A stretch of DNA of 63,093 nucleotides, counting the filler. It is 9 parts of 9 records of this genome, joined end to end, with 100 filler letters (N's around TTAATTAATTAA, not from the genome) between each part and the next. Parts side by side here need not be neighbours in the genome. Positions count along the whole stretch, not along the records: positions 29,269 to 37,003 come from SRR31147125_62111; positions 37,104 to 43,649 come from SRR31147125_62139; 7 more parts are not named here. The stretch is one strand, 5' to 3'. The notes beneath the pieces were generated by a model. That model had not been told where the DNA came from. It did not search any database and was given only the letters and a program-made list of their open reading frames with translations. Shown piece by piece: positions 31,190-41,815 of the stretch (the first letter of the stretch is position 1; the number at the start of each line of letters is the position of its first letter). The translations under genes and the position numbers were made by a program.

Positions 31190-32202
31190 ACATCAACCCA
31201 GCGATTTTCCTTAGCCGAAAGAAGAATAGCCTCCAAAACTTTGCAGTTATTTTCTGCGTTTTCCAATGACCCGGTAAATGGTTCACCGTAAAGAACGGAG
31301 CGTGCGAATGCATCTCCCTGTTTCGTGTATTGATTACTGGGGGAGAATGATTCCGCGACTTTTGGCAGTTCGTGGATATTTCCAGAATTTACCCGGATAG
31401 TCATGGCCCTGAAATCGGGAGTATTGAACGGTGTATTCAGCTCCATCATCTTTTCCGATCCGAAAAACTGCATATACTGATAAGCCACCATCTGGGTTGA
31501 GATCGTAAATGAAAATGGTCCGGAGGGATATTCGAGAATAACCGTTCCAAGCCGGTCAGTACCGAACTCAGGGTCAAACTCCAATGCAGCCGAAACACGC
31601 CGTGGTTCTTCTCCGAGTACAAACCGGGAAAGGACCGTTGGATAGCAGCCTATATCCCAAACTCCTCCGCCTCCGAATTCTGCAATATTACGGATATTGT
31701 CCGGATCCATATTGTAGTAGCTGAAGATACTGTTTCCGGCCACAAACTTACCCAAGGCGCCACTCTGGAACAACTCTTTTGCCCGAACCCAACGCGGCTG
31801 ATGCAGTACCATAAATGCTTCGCCCACAACCAGACCGGACTTATCTCGTAAAATTTTCAACCGGGATATTTCCGAAGAATCAAGTACCAGCGGTTTTTCA
31901 CAGAGAACGTGTTTACCAGCTTCTATGCATCTCTCCATCCATTCATAATGCATATGGTTAGGAAGCGGAATATAGACTGCCATGATATCAGGATCGGCAA
32001 GCATTTCATCGTATGAGCCATACGAGCGTTCGATATTCAGTTCATCGGCCGCTTTTCTTGCTGTTTCAGCATCTCGTGAAGCTATTCCCAGAACTTCGGT
32101 CAACTCACCATTCTGCATAGCTGGAATAACGGTATCTACGCCAATTTTTGCCGTACTGAGAATTCCCCAAGTTACTTTGTCTCTGATATTCTCCATAATC
32201 AC
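31186..32202 (-). CDS. Gfo/Idh/MocA family oxidoreductase
   Basis: WGILSTA.IG, VYIPLPNH.H, KHVLCEKP, GGG..WDIGCY. Confidence 0.92.
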   Translation of the reverse strand: MIMENIRDKVTWGILSTAKIGVDTVIPAMQNGELTEVLGIASRDAETARKAADELNIERSYGSYDEMLADPDIMAVYIPLPNHMHYEWMERCIEAGKHVLCEKPLVLDSSEISRLKILRDKSGLVVGEAFMVLHQPRWVRAKELFQSGALGKFVAGNSIFSYYNMDPDNIRNIAEFGGGGVWDIGCYPTVLSRFVLGEEPRRVSAALEFDPEFGTDRLGTVILEYPSGPFSFTISTQMVAYQYMQFFGSEKMMELNTPFNTPDFRAMTIRVNSGNIHELPKVAESFSPSNQYTKQGDAFARSVLYGEPFTGSLENAENNCKVLEAILLSAKENRWVDV

Positions 32203-32260
32203 CCCTCCGCTGTGTCTAAGTGGATATTCTATTATACACGTAATGAGCGGTATTTTCCAT

Positions 32261-34294
32261 CTAGTCCGAAACTATTGTCCAGTTTTCATCCACAGAAGGT
32301 GTATAGGTTCCAAGGTATTCGAAAAGCCTGATAGCATAGAGACGTAAATCCTGCAGCGTGGAAAAAACTACCCGCTCACGAATTTCATCAGGCTGTAAAC
32401 CAACTCCGTCGGTAAGATATCCCCCGCCTCCATTAGCGCGTAGAGAATTCATAACAACCATATAGGTCTCATTCGGATCAAAGGGCTGCAGGTCTTTGCT
32501 GCTGCTGTATGGATCCAGTATACCATCAATTATTACCCGCTCTCCTGCTGGATGCTCTCTGCTGACTGTATAGGATAATCCCGCCGCGCTGTCAAAGAGT
32601 CCGCCTGCGGTAAAGTTTTCACCATATGAAAACTCAAGATATCGTTCAATTTCAGATCCAGTCAGCTCCATCGCGTACAGGCTGGTTTCATAAGGAAACA
32701 TTCGGAAAATATCCCGTACTTCAACTGATCCGGCTTCTATTTCAACATCGGCACTGGCAGGTGCTGCAAAGGAGATATCGGCTCCTGTCAGATCCATCTG
32801 CAGCTGATGAATGAAATCCATATAGGCAGAATCACCTGCAAGAGCTTGTTCGGCATTCAGCAAACTTGTCAATGTACCGATTTCCCTCGAGAAGTAATCA
32901 TCAATTTTTGCAATAATCCCGGCATACCGCTCTTCGGCGGCACTGTCCCATGCTACATCTTTCACAGGAATGAGTTCAGCTCTTCCATGCAGGTCTTGAT
33001 TATCAACTGTGATAATGCCGTCTTCCATTTCCAACTCTATGGTTAAAGATGCCAGGTGTTCGGCCCGTTCACCACCTCCGATAATCCAGGTTATGTCACC
33101 ATCGGCATTCTCAACCTGCTGAATGATATCTCTTTCGATATTTCCACAGAAGAGCACATCCAATCCGGTACTGCTCTGCACAACGGTTCGTACTTTCTCC
33201 AGAGCCAAAGCATCAGACCCTGGGGCGGCGCTGTAGAGTCCTACTATGATATCCGGATTTACCGTATGGCTGATCTCCTTCAGCCAGTATTCGGCACTTT
33301 CAACCGGGTCAGTGAGGGATAGTCCGAGCAGCACGTCTTCCGAAAGCAGCATCCCGATTTCATTATCCGTAAAACTGATTACGGCACAGGTGATACCGCC
33401 TTTTTCTATCACTGTATAGGGCTGGAATCTTGATTCATTTGTCTCTTTCACTACTATATTTGCTGCCAGCCAGGGGAACGCGAACTCCTGTTCTGCTTTT
33501 CCATAGACACCGGGACCGGATGCCAAATCATAATATCCGATAGCCCCGGCATCGTATGTCAGTTGGTTCATTACTTCCGGGATGATATGGGGCTGATCAG
33601 ATTCAACAAAATTGTAATAGTAAGTTACCGGCTGTCCCTGCAGGATATTTCCGTTATCCAGGAGGATGGTTATATCCCCTTCTGCACGAATTTCATTGAC
33701 CAGTGTTCCGATCTGGGCCAGCGAAACTCCAGTGTCCCGTTCCTCCAGATAGTCATACGGTGTCAACTGTCCGTGAATGTCGGAAGTGGTCAATATGTTC
33801 AGATTGATGGTTTCAGGTTCGACTATAAGGTCGTCTGGCTCTTCATCAACAGGGACTGCTTCGGCTGTGGTCTCAGGTAGCGCATCTTCAACTTCAACTA
33901 ATTCTTCTGGTTCTGTTTCAGCAGTCTGCTGTTCTATAACTTGATCCGATTCCTCTATTTCCTGTGCGGTTTCTGCTTCCGTGTCGATTGTGTCGATTGT
34001 GTCGACATCCGAAAGATCTTCCGCAATCTCTGTCATCGAGTCATCAGCTGCTGCCGGCGGTAAATCAGCAGCAGGTATATCATCTTCCACTGTGATTGCT
34101 GGTTCTTCCGTCTCTGGTTCTTCTACTGCAATTACGACTTCCTCTGTCATCTCTGACTCTGGTACAACCGCAGTTTCAGTCTCTAATGATTCGGGTCTAT
34201 CGACTGTTTCAATGATGACTTCTTCAGGGACAGTCACGCAGCCAACCAACAGAAAGACGGTGATACATGATAGCATGAGTATTTTTGCAGCCAT
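32261..34294 (-). CDS. 5'-nucleotidase/2',3'-cyclic phosphodiesterase-like lipoprotein with acidic linker and degenerate metal-binding motifs
   Basis: AAGGAG RBS, LVGC lipobox, ~140-aa Glu/Asp-rich linker, then TSDIHG, DNGNILQG, FPWLAANI and a 5'-nucleotidase C-domain (FPYE..L...ELTG..I..YLE, GGGGY). Confidence 0.85.
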   Translation of the reverse strand: MAAKILMLSCITVFLLVGCVTVPEEVIIETVDRPESLETETAVVPESEMTEEVVIAVEEPETEEPAITVEDDIPAADLPPAAADDSMTEIAEDLSDVDTIDTIDTEAETAQEIEESDQVIEQQTAETEPEELVEVEDALPETTAEAVPVDEEPDDLIVEPETINLNILTTSDIHGQLTPYDYLEERDTGVSLAQIGTLVNEIRAEGDITILLDNGNILQGQPVTYYYNFVESDQPHIIPEVMNQLTYDAGAIGYYDLASGPGVYGKAEQEFAFPWLAANIVVKETNESRFQPYTVIEKGGITCAVISFTDNEIGMLLSEDVLLGLSLTDPVESAEYWLKEISHTVNPDIIVGLYSAAPGSDALALEKVRTVVQSSTGLDVLFCGNIERDIIQQVENADGDITWIIGGGERAEHLASLTIELEMEDGIITVDNQDLHGRAELIPVKDVAWDSAAEERYAGIIAKIDDYFSREIGTLTSLLNAEQALAGDSAYMDFIHQLQMDLTGADISFAAPASADVEIEAGSVEVRDIFRMFPYETSLYAMELTGSEIERYLEFSYGENFTAGGLFDSAAGLSYTVSREHPAGERVIIDGILDPYSSSKDLQPFDPNETYMVVMNSLRANGGGGYLTDGVGLQPDEIRERVVFSTLQDLRLYAIRLFEYLGTYTPSVDENWTIVSD

Positions 34295-34441
34295 GCGGGC
34301 TCCTTTGCATTCATCTTTATACGGTAACATGGACCGATTTATACCGGAGAGGTACTACAGGTATAACTATGAAATATCCCGACAGTTACTGCAAGAGAAG
34401 AAATTGATGCAGGGATTGTGAATTCCAAAAAAAGGCTCAAA

Positions 34442-34472
34442 AATACAAGCCTAACAACGTTAGGCTTGTATT
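34442..34472. terminator. Perfect 14-bp hairpin, probable terminator
   Basis: AATACAAGCCTAAC-AAC-GTTAGGCTTGTATT, followed by T-rich sequence on the minus strand, downstream of the mutY-like gene. Confidence 0.65.
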
Positions 34473-34649
34473 CGATGAGTAATGAGTAAATAGTTCACAG
34501 AGAAGTATGAGCAATTGCCATACCGTCTATAAACGATTCACTCGTATGTTACTATAAGAGTAACAATCCGCATATCAACCTTAAGGATGAAAGACTATTT
34601 CCGAGTAAACAAACATTTACATATATAATTACTCGCTGTCACAACCCGG

Positions 34650-35568
34650 TTATATAGTATTAACTGAGTACATACATTCCGACTCAGAAACCGCCTCATC
34701 AAAAAATACGGAATCTTTTCGTAAAAATCCCTCTTTTATGAGGGCATTCAGGCAATGAAAAACCTGCTCTTCTGGAAAATCCAGATGACTCAGCAGTCTT
34801 GACTCTGAAACACGACCCACTTCTGTCATGATGGTCAGAATCCTGCCGCGCACCTCACGATTTGAATTCTTGAATGCTGCCTGCCGGGTATAATGCGCGC
34901 TGCGGCGATTGGGATTCTTAATGCATTTTTTCAGAAGTACGCCGTAATCCATGAGGGCGTAGTACCAGTTTTTCGGATCATCGCTATCCTGCACCTGTGA
35001 AAGAACCGAATAGAGATCCCTATCCTTCACACCATCTGAACTGCAGAAGAAAAAATAGAGCAGTACTCGCCGAATATTTGTCTCAAGATAAAGTGACGGT
35101 TTACCAAAAGCAAATGAGAGTACGGCAGAGGCAGTGGATGGACCAACCATCGGCAAACTGAGAAGCTGCTCATAAGAATCAGGTAACGTTCCATTGAAGT
35201 CATCTACCGCTCGAACAGCGATCTCTTTCAGCGCAATCGCTCTGCGGTTATACCCCAGTCCTTTCCAGCGTGCCAGGATTTCCGGGAAGGGGGCTTCAGC
35301 TAACTCATGAAATGTCGGCCATACTTCCAGAAATTCAAGGTACTTCGGCAGCGCCCGCTCTGTCTGCGTCTGCTGGAGCATAAGTTCAGAAAGTAAAATA
35401 TGGTAGGGATCGGTAGTCTCGCGCCAGTGAAAGGGACAGCGGATTTTGCTCGTAATGGGTATAAATAATATCCCGAAAGTAGGATATTTCGCTTTCTGTC
35501 AGTTGTTTGCCGGATCGTTCTGAGGAAGATTCCTCCAGATCACAAATCGGTTCAGGAATCTCTCTCAC
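34650..35568 (-). pseudogene. mutY: Short MutY-like HhH-GPD glycosylase with a +1 frameshift near 35441 (possibly an assembly error)
   Basis: Upstream frame gives YFRDIIYTHYEQN; the downstream frame gives RCPFHWRETTDPYHILLSELMLQQTQ...GLGYNRRA...LP.VGP.TA...ETNIRRV. No Fe-S cysteines. Confidence 0.75.
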
Positions 35569-36622
35569 GTTTCTTCTTGGTTTTTTCCGCTTTTCTGCTG
35601 ATTTTATTCCAAATACCCGATAATCCCATGGCTTTTTTCATGGCCTGCACAGTCGCTCGGGCTTCCACTCTCATCTTCATGGTACTGTCAAAGATTATCT
35701 CATCAACCAATCCTGATACTGACGCATAATGGTCTCTTCGTTCACGAATAGGATCGAGAAAGTTGTTCAGTGCCGCGGCCAGCTTCTGTTTCACTTCCAC
35801 ATCGCCTACCCGGCCGGTACGGTAGCGCTCTTTCAGGTCATCGACCTCTTCTTTATTGGGATTGAACGCGTCGTGGTAAATAAATACCGGATTACCTTCC
35901 ACCTTACCAGGAATATCGGCCCGGATACGGTTAGGATCGGTATACATCCCCCTCACCTTTTTCTCCACGATTTTACCATCATCGGCAATATCAATGGCAT
36001 TATTAAGCGATTTGGACATCTTGGCATTTCCATCGGTACCTACCAGTGATCCAAAATCACCGACTTTCACATCCGGGATGGGGAAAACATCTCCATATAA
36101 GTAATTAAATCGACGAGCAATCTCCCTGGTCAGTTCTACATGGGATTCATTATCCTTACCGACGGGAACCAGATGAGCCCGCGGCATGAGAATATCGGCA
36201 GCCTGGAGTACAGGATATCCTAAAAGACCAAACGGCATCTCATTCAAATTGGCCGATTTTGCCATATCTTTCAGACTTGGAACACGCTGCAGACGCGGCA
36301 CAGATACCATCATTTCAAAAAGCAGATTCATCTCGAAAATTTCCGGGATTGCTGACTGCAGGTAGATAACCGATTTTTCAGGATCAATCCCGCAAGCAAG
36401 GTAATCAAGAACCATCTCGCGCGCGTTCCCCGCAATCTTTTCAATATGCTCTTTTTCCGGTTTTGTCGTCAGGGTATGCAGATCCGCAATTATGAAAAAA
36501 CATTCATATTCATCCTGCAGTTTAACCCGATTTTGCAGAGATCCGACATAATGTCCCAGGTGAAGTTTTCCGGTCGGTCTGTCACCGGTTAAGATTCGTT
36601 TTTTACCATTCTGGCTGCTCAC
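35552..36622 (-). CDS. trpS: Tryptophan--tRNA ligase
   Basis: [13 protein letters not shown] (HIGH), [20 protein letters not shown]. Confidence 0.98.
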   Translation of the reverse strand: MSSQNGKKRILTGDRPTGKLHLGHYVGSLQNRVKLQDEYECFFIIADLHTLTTKPEKEHIEKIAGNAREMVLDYLACGIDPEKSVIYLQSAIPEIFEMNLLFEMMVSVPRLQRVPSLKDMAKSANLNEMPFGLLGYPVLQAADILMPRAHLVPVGKDNESHVELTREIARRFNYLYGDVFPIPDVKVGDFGSLVGTDGNAKMSKSLNNAIDIADDGKIVEKKVRGMYTDPNRIRADIPGKVEGNPVFIYHDAFNPNKEEVDDLKERYRTGRVGDVEVKQKLAAALNNFLDPIRERRDHYASVSGLVDEIIFDSTMKMRVEARATVQAMKKAMGLSGIWNKISRKAEKTKKKRERDS

Positions 36623-36682
36623 GATATTGCTCCATTGTGATCTTAAGTATGCGGGTGATTTTTTCAGAAAATGGCGATTTGA

Positions 36683-37003
36683 TCAATCCTTGGGTTGTTC
36701 AGCATTCACATCGGGATTCATTTCAGATACATTCTTCTGTTTTTTATTGTTTCTATGGTTTCGATGCCGCAGTTCTCTTCTGGCGTCCCGTTCACGATCC
36801 CGTTTCTCACGACGACGCTGCTCTTCTTCCTTGATCTTCTTGCGATAGGGTTTTCCGCTGCCGATCAGAATAGCAATCGGCTTCAGCTGCTTGATATTGG
36901 CAAATATAATCTGAATTATCGATGTAAGAGGAACAGCAAGGAACATGCCTACTATACCCCAGATATATCCCCAGAAAACCAATGAGACCAGAATGACAAA
37001 CGG
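36683..37003 (-). CDS. AI-2E family transporter, C-terminal part
   Basis: P.VILVSLVFWGYIWGIVGMFLAVPLT motif; open to the contig edge. Confidence 0.85.
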   Translation of the reverse strand, partial: PFVILVSLVFWGYIWGIVGMFLAVPLTSIIQIIFANIKQLKPIAILIGSGKPYRKKIKEEEQRRREKRDRERDARRELRHRNHRNNKKQKNVSEMNPDVNAEQPKD

Positions 37004-37103
37004 NNNNNNNNNNNNNNNNNNNNNNNNNNNNNNNNNNNNNNNNNNNNTTAATTAATTAANNNNNNNNNNNNNNNNNNNNNNNNNNNNNNNNNNNNNNNNN
37101 NNN
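37004..37103. other. Artificial contig spacer
   Basis: N44-TTAATTAATTAA-N44. Confidence 0.99.
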
Positions 37104-38542
37104 TTGTTGTTTGCTGTTAGAATTAATGTTCCTGTGCCAAGTTTTGTAAATTGATGTACACCTGATAATGTAGAGTTTAAGGTAAGGGTATCTTCAACAT
37201 TAAAGTTGATTGAGTCTTTTGTGCCAATATTTCCATCCAATGCAACATCTGTAGTTGAAGATAGGGTTGCATTTGCTACAGATATATAAGTGGCAACGCT
37301 GCTATCAGATATAACCAGTTCTGCTTTGTTTTTTAATGATAAATCTGCAGGGAATGTGTCACCATCTGCAACAATTGTATATACACTGTCAACAATAGCT
37401 GATTCGCCTAGTGCCGGAACGCCTTCCGGATCCCAGTTCTGAGCATACAGCCATCCATTGGTTGTTCCGTTACCGGTCCAGTTATAAGTTTGAACGAGGG
37501 GGGCTTCTGCTGTAGGATCCCAATCATCATCTCCGGCCATTACTTTTTGCACGGTGTATTCCAATGCTTCTTCACTGGTGAGTTCTTTAATGCCCGCCCA
37601 ATCAGCACGGCCACTCATATCGGCACCCGCACCAGTATTGTTATATTCATAAAGATGCAAATCTGTGCTGGTATCTGCATAAGCCATGTTCCATTTGTCT
37701 CCCCATCCCAGTGGGTTGATTTTTTCTGTCATTTCGCAATTTAGCCACGCTACTTTAGGGTAATTGTGCCATGGGCGGCCAAACCTTATTTGTTGACCAT
37801 CGTCTCCACCCCGTGGGCTGTTTAATGCATATGTGAGCTGGCATTCATTGAAAACATATCCGTAAGGTTGATCCAAGCCGGTTGAGGGGGCTGTAATCCA
37901 TCCACCACCCCAGCTCCTGATTTCACTCGATTGGAAAAAAGCAGTACCGCCACCATAGATATAATCGGTGCGGCCTACTACCAGGCAATTCTCAAAATAG
38001 CTGCGATTGCCGTTGCTCCAGAAATAAATGGTATCCTGATAACCGTATAAATCAACATTGATAAATACACATTTATCACTACGTACGGTTATGGCTTGTG
38101 CCTGCCCTACAGGTCCGGCGGTATTTTGTATGGTTAGGTTCTCAGCCCGGAAACCATCTCCCAGGATTGTTAAAGTGGCAGAAGTCCGTATGTTATCACC
38201 AATCCACTTTGCTGCATCTTCGGCAGGGCATTTTCCGCCGTCACAATCATAAATATGATAACTGATAACCGTTTCCTCACGGCTTTCACCAATTAATGTG
38301 AGGTTAATTTTATCGGATGGTATAATAAGTTTCTCATCATCGTATAAACCTCTTTTTATGTAAATTACAGTTCTACGATCGCTGTTGGAAGGCGCGGCGT
38401 CGATGGCTGCCTGTATGGATGTAAAATCACCTGTGCTGTCTGCGGCAACAACAATATCTGCATCAACTGGGTTCTCTGCTGAGAAAGCAGTAAATGCTGT
38501 GGTGAATAATAAAATAAAAAGAATAGTAATTAAGTGTTTCAT
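37104..38542 (-). CDS. Pectin methylesterase (CE8) with autotransporter-associated beta-strand repeat region (3' truncated)
   Basis: GDFTSIQAAI, QA.A, GYQDT, DYIYG, FGRPW, YEY.N.GAGA; then TKLGTGTLILT repeat. Confidence 0.92.
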
Positions 38543-38557
38543 AGTAATAAGTTTATA

Positions 38558-39292
38558 TTATTTAATTAAGTTAGATATTTCCAGATCTAATTTTTTTAGA
38601 TCGTCTATTGCTAATAGAGCAACCTTTGTTGCACCATTTTCTGATAAATGGGTGTCGTCTTTTCTTCCTTCCGGATACCTGTCGTTTGGTTCTGTCCATA
38701 GATACATTTCTTTTGAGGGTCCATCCCCAAGAGAATTTACCCATCTTTCTGTTAGTGTTTGTAAGTCTACGATAGGTACTGATAGTTCTTTAGCTATTTT
38801 TCTGGTTACGCTGGGATAATCTCCGTGTGTGTCAATCAATGTTCCGTTTTTATCAAACTTTCGTCTAACGATAGATGTAAATAATACGGGCGTGGCACCT
38901 TTTTCCCTTGCTTCATTCACGAATATTTTTAGATTATCAGCATATGTTCCGAAAGGTGTCGTATAGCGTGTTGAATCGTATTCTTTTTGGTCGTTATGTC
39001 CAAACTGGATAAATACAAAATCTCCTTCTTTTAAACTATCTAGCACCGTCTGCCATCGGCCTTCGTCAATAAAACTCTTGGTGCTTCTTCCATTTACCGC
39101 GTGGTTTTCAACTTCAACATTTTTTTTAAAAAATTGACCTATCACCTGACACCAGCCCGTCTCAGGATATACTTCTTCTTTTTTGTTTGACATGGTTGAA
39201 TCACCAATTGTGTAAATTTTGTAAGTTTTTTGTGATGTACATGAGAAGAGGATAGCCAAAAGAATAGCAAAGGGAAATAGATTTAGTCGCAT
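38558..39292 (-). CDS. Rhamnogalacturonan acetylesterase (CE12, SGNH), lipoprotein
   Basis: LFSC lipobox; IGDST, N.A.NGRS.KSF, QFGHND, DDTH. Confidence 0.92.
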   Translation of the reverse strand: MRLNLFPFAILLAILFSCTSQKTYKIYTIGDSTMSNKKEEVYPETGWCQVIGQFFKKNVEVENHAVNGRSTKSFIDEGRWQTVLDSLKEGDFVFIQFGHNDQKEYDSTRYTTPFGTYADNLKIFVNEAREKGATPVLFTSIVRRKFDKNGTLIDTHGDYPSVTRKIAKELSVPIVDLQTLTERWVNSLGDGPSKEMYLWTEPNDRYPEGRKDDTHLSENGATKVALLAIDDLKKLDLEISNLIK

Positions 39293-39532
39293 AATAATTT
39301 AATTAGAATTACTGTCAATTTTGATTCTGTTTCTGTTAGGCTTTAGTTTATCCGATTGCAAGGTAACAAACCTATAAATGAAGCAACCGTGTTAAATTGA
39401 CATAAATGTGTATGTAAATTTTTTGTTATTTTAACACAATTGGTTAATTGTTGCATAATTTAATTGAGAATACTATGTATTTTTCATTTGATTATATTTG
39501 ACGGTTTGACTTTTGATAGTTTCTAAAGTAAG

Positions 39533-40075
39533 ATGATAGAGTTTAATGAATCAAAACAAATTAAAAGATTGAGGAGGGGAGAGATATCTGCCTTTGAAAA
39601 ACTCTATTCGCATTACAGCAAAAAGGTTTACAATTTTGTAATACAGTACATAAAGGTTTTTGAAGATGCAGAAGAGATTGTGCAAGAGGTGTTTTTAGCT
39701 GTTTGGAAAAACCGGGAAACGATAAAAACAGATGAGCCATTTGCATCTTATCTTTTTGGGATTTCAAGAAATAAGGTAAACACATATTTAAGAAAAGAAG
39801 TATATGGAAAAGCTTCTTTCGAATATTTATATGAAAAAAATAAAGGATTGTCTTTTGTTACTGAGGAAACCATTCGGTTTAATGAATTGCAGAAAAATCT
39901 CGATAACTTAATTAACGAATTACCACCCCGTAGAAAAGAAATATTTATACTAGGTAAAATTGAAGGATTAACCTACAAACAGATTTCAGAAAAGCTTCAG
40001 ATTTCAGAAAATACGGTAGATACGCAAATGAGGGCAGCCTTAAATTTTGTGCGGGACAGGATGAAGTTTCTTTAA
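39533..40075 (+). CDS. ECF sigma-70 factor (Bacteroides PUL type)
   Basis: AFE.LY..Y, DAEEIVQEVF..VW, LPPRRKEIF.L...EGL.YK.I...L.IS..TV. Confidence 0.93.
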   Translation: MIEFNESKQIKRLRRGEISAFEKLYSHYSKKVYNFVIQYIKVFEDAEEIVQEVFLAVWKNRETIKTDEPFASYLFGISRNKVNTYLRKEVYGKASFEYLYEKNKGLSFVTEETIRFNELQKNLDNLINELPPRRKEIFILGKIEGLTYKQISEKLQISENTVDTQMRAALNFVRDRMKFL

Positions 40076-40535
40076 GTAATACGATAAGAAAAATACCTTA
40101 GTCTGTGCTTTAAATACTTGACAATAGATTTATTATTAATCACGAAATTTTTGATAAAGTTTTTTCAATGTCATTCATCGAAATTTTAGCTAATTCTTTT
40201 TGAACTTCAAATGGTGTTATAGAAAGACTATATTGACTTTTTAGATAATATTTTATCCATAAATAATAATTCTTAGAGATAATAGATAATTTGTTATCTA
40301 TAATTATTAATGTTGAGTGTTAAAGAAATAAATTAGGTGTTAAATCTTCAGGTTAATTTGTTCTTACTTAACTATAAAAAAAATCACCAACCTTTTATTT
40401 GGGGAAAATGCCTGCCATACAACACATTAGGGAGAAAGAAAATTTCCTAAACAAAATAAATAGACTATGGGTTTTAAAAAAAATCAATTCCCAATCACGG
40501 AAAAAATAAAAAACTGATAATACAATAAAACAACA

Positions 40536-41669
40536 ATGAAAAAGACTCAGGAAAATAGAATTCAGGAATTGCTTGCGAAGCTGAGAGATGACACAATCAG
40601 TTCTTCGGAATATAGGGAACTTTTAAGCACTATCAAAGAAGGGGATGAGTCAGGAACACTGTCTAAAGATTACATCCGTTCCTGGGATTTGGCTTCTAAA
40701 TATTCTGGAAAATTTAATACAGAGCTTAAATTTTTTGAATTGAAAGAAAAAATTGCAGTAGAAAATAAAAGTGGAGAAAAATATATTCAACTTCAAAATA
40801 CGAGAAATAACGTAATAGCACGAATACTTCAGTTAGCTGCCGTATTTGTATTGGCTTTTACTGCTTCGTGGTTTTTAAACAATTTAGTAAATAAGAATAA
40901 AAATTTTAACTCTTCTGTTTCTGGCCTACAACAAAATATTGTTTCTGTACAAAATGGCTCTCGCTCCAGGATTCAATTACCCGATGGTAGCATTGTTCAT
41001 CTAAATTCTGGCAGTGAATTAAAATACCCTCCAATATTTGTAAATGAGAGACGTGAAGTAACATTGATTGGAGAGGCGCATTTTGAGGTAGAGGCAGATA
41101 CAACCAGGCCATTTATTGTTAGAACTTCGGAAATAACATTGCGCGTTACAGGTACTGTTTTTAATGTACGTGCCTATCAGGCAGATAATGATATTCAAAC
41201 TACGTTAATATCAGGTTCACTTGATGTTTTTACAAACAATAAAGCTTTTGAGACAAAATTCAAGGAAGAGAATAAAATAACATTAAAACCAAAGCAAAGC
41301 ATTGTTTTAGAAAAAAAGAAAATTAATAGTAAAAATATTTTGAATACCAATACCTCGAAAAACATTGCTGTAAAGAAGCCAACAGTTGAAAATACCGAAA
41401 ATACAGAACTAATTACAGCATGGAAAGACGAAAAACTGATTTTCGACAATGAACCTTTTTACGAATTAGAAAAGAGATTTGAACGCTGGTTTAATGTTAA
41501 AATAGAAGTAACAAACAAAGATATTTATACCCGTCGTTTTACAGGGACTTTTGAGTCTGAAACCGTTGAGCAGGTATTAAATGCGATGAAACTGATTATT
41601 CCTTTTGAATACGAAATAGAAAAAAATAAAATAATAATTAAAAAATCAGCAGTCTTGAAAAAACAATAA
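40536..41669 (+). CDS. FecR-family anti-sigma factor
   Basis: Single TM, LPDGS.V.LNSGS.L.YP, GEA.FEV, VTGT.FNV.AY, AWKD..L.F C-terminal domain. Confidence 0.93.
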   Translation: MKKTQENRIQELLAKLRDDTISSSEYRELLSTIKEGDESGTLSKDYIRSWDLASKYSGKFNTELKFFELKEKIAVENKSGEKYIQLQNTRNNVIARILQLAAVFVLAFTASWFLNNLVNKNKNFNSSVSGLQQNIVSVQNGSRSRIQLPDGSIVHLNSGSELKYPPIFVNERREVTLIGEAHFEVEADTTRPFIVRTSEITLRVTGTVFNVRAYQADNDIQTTLISGSLDVFTNNKAFETKFKEENKITLKPKQSIVLEKKKINSKNILNTNTSKNIAVKKPTVENTENTELITAWKDEKLIFDNEPFYELEKRFERWFNVKIEVTNKDIYTRRFTGTFESETVEQVLNAMKLIIPFEYEIEKNKIIIKKSAVLKKQ

Positions 41670-41737
41670 TTATTAACAAGAAAATAGAATACTAACTAAA
41701 ACGTGATTGCCTATGATTTAAGAAGAACTTTTTTCAC

Positions 41738-41815
41738 AAAAAAGTGATGCGTAAAGCGGCCACTTTACGCATCCAGCTAATTATTTTTTTTATTAACTGT
41801 AATACAACAAAATTA
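41738..41815 (-). ncRNA. Candidate cis-antisense sRNA in the fecR-susC gap (promoter -7 box plus terminator)
   Basis: Minus-strand TAATTTTG (41808-41815) fits the Bacteroidota TAnnTTTG box; 11-bp hairpin GATGCGTAAAG/CTTTACGCATC (41746-41773) followed by a minus-strand T-tract. Confidence 0.5.
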
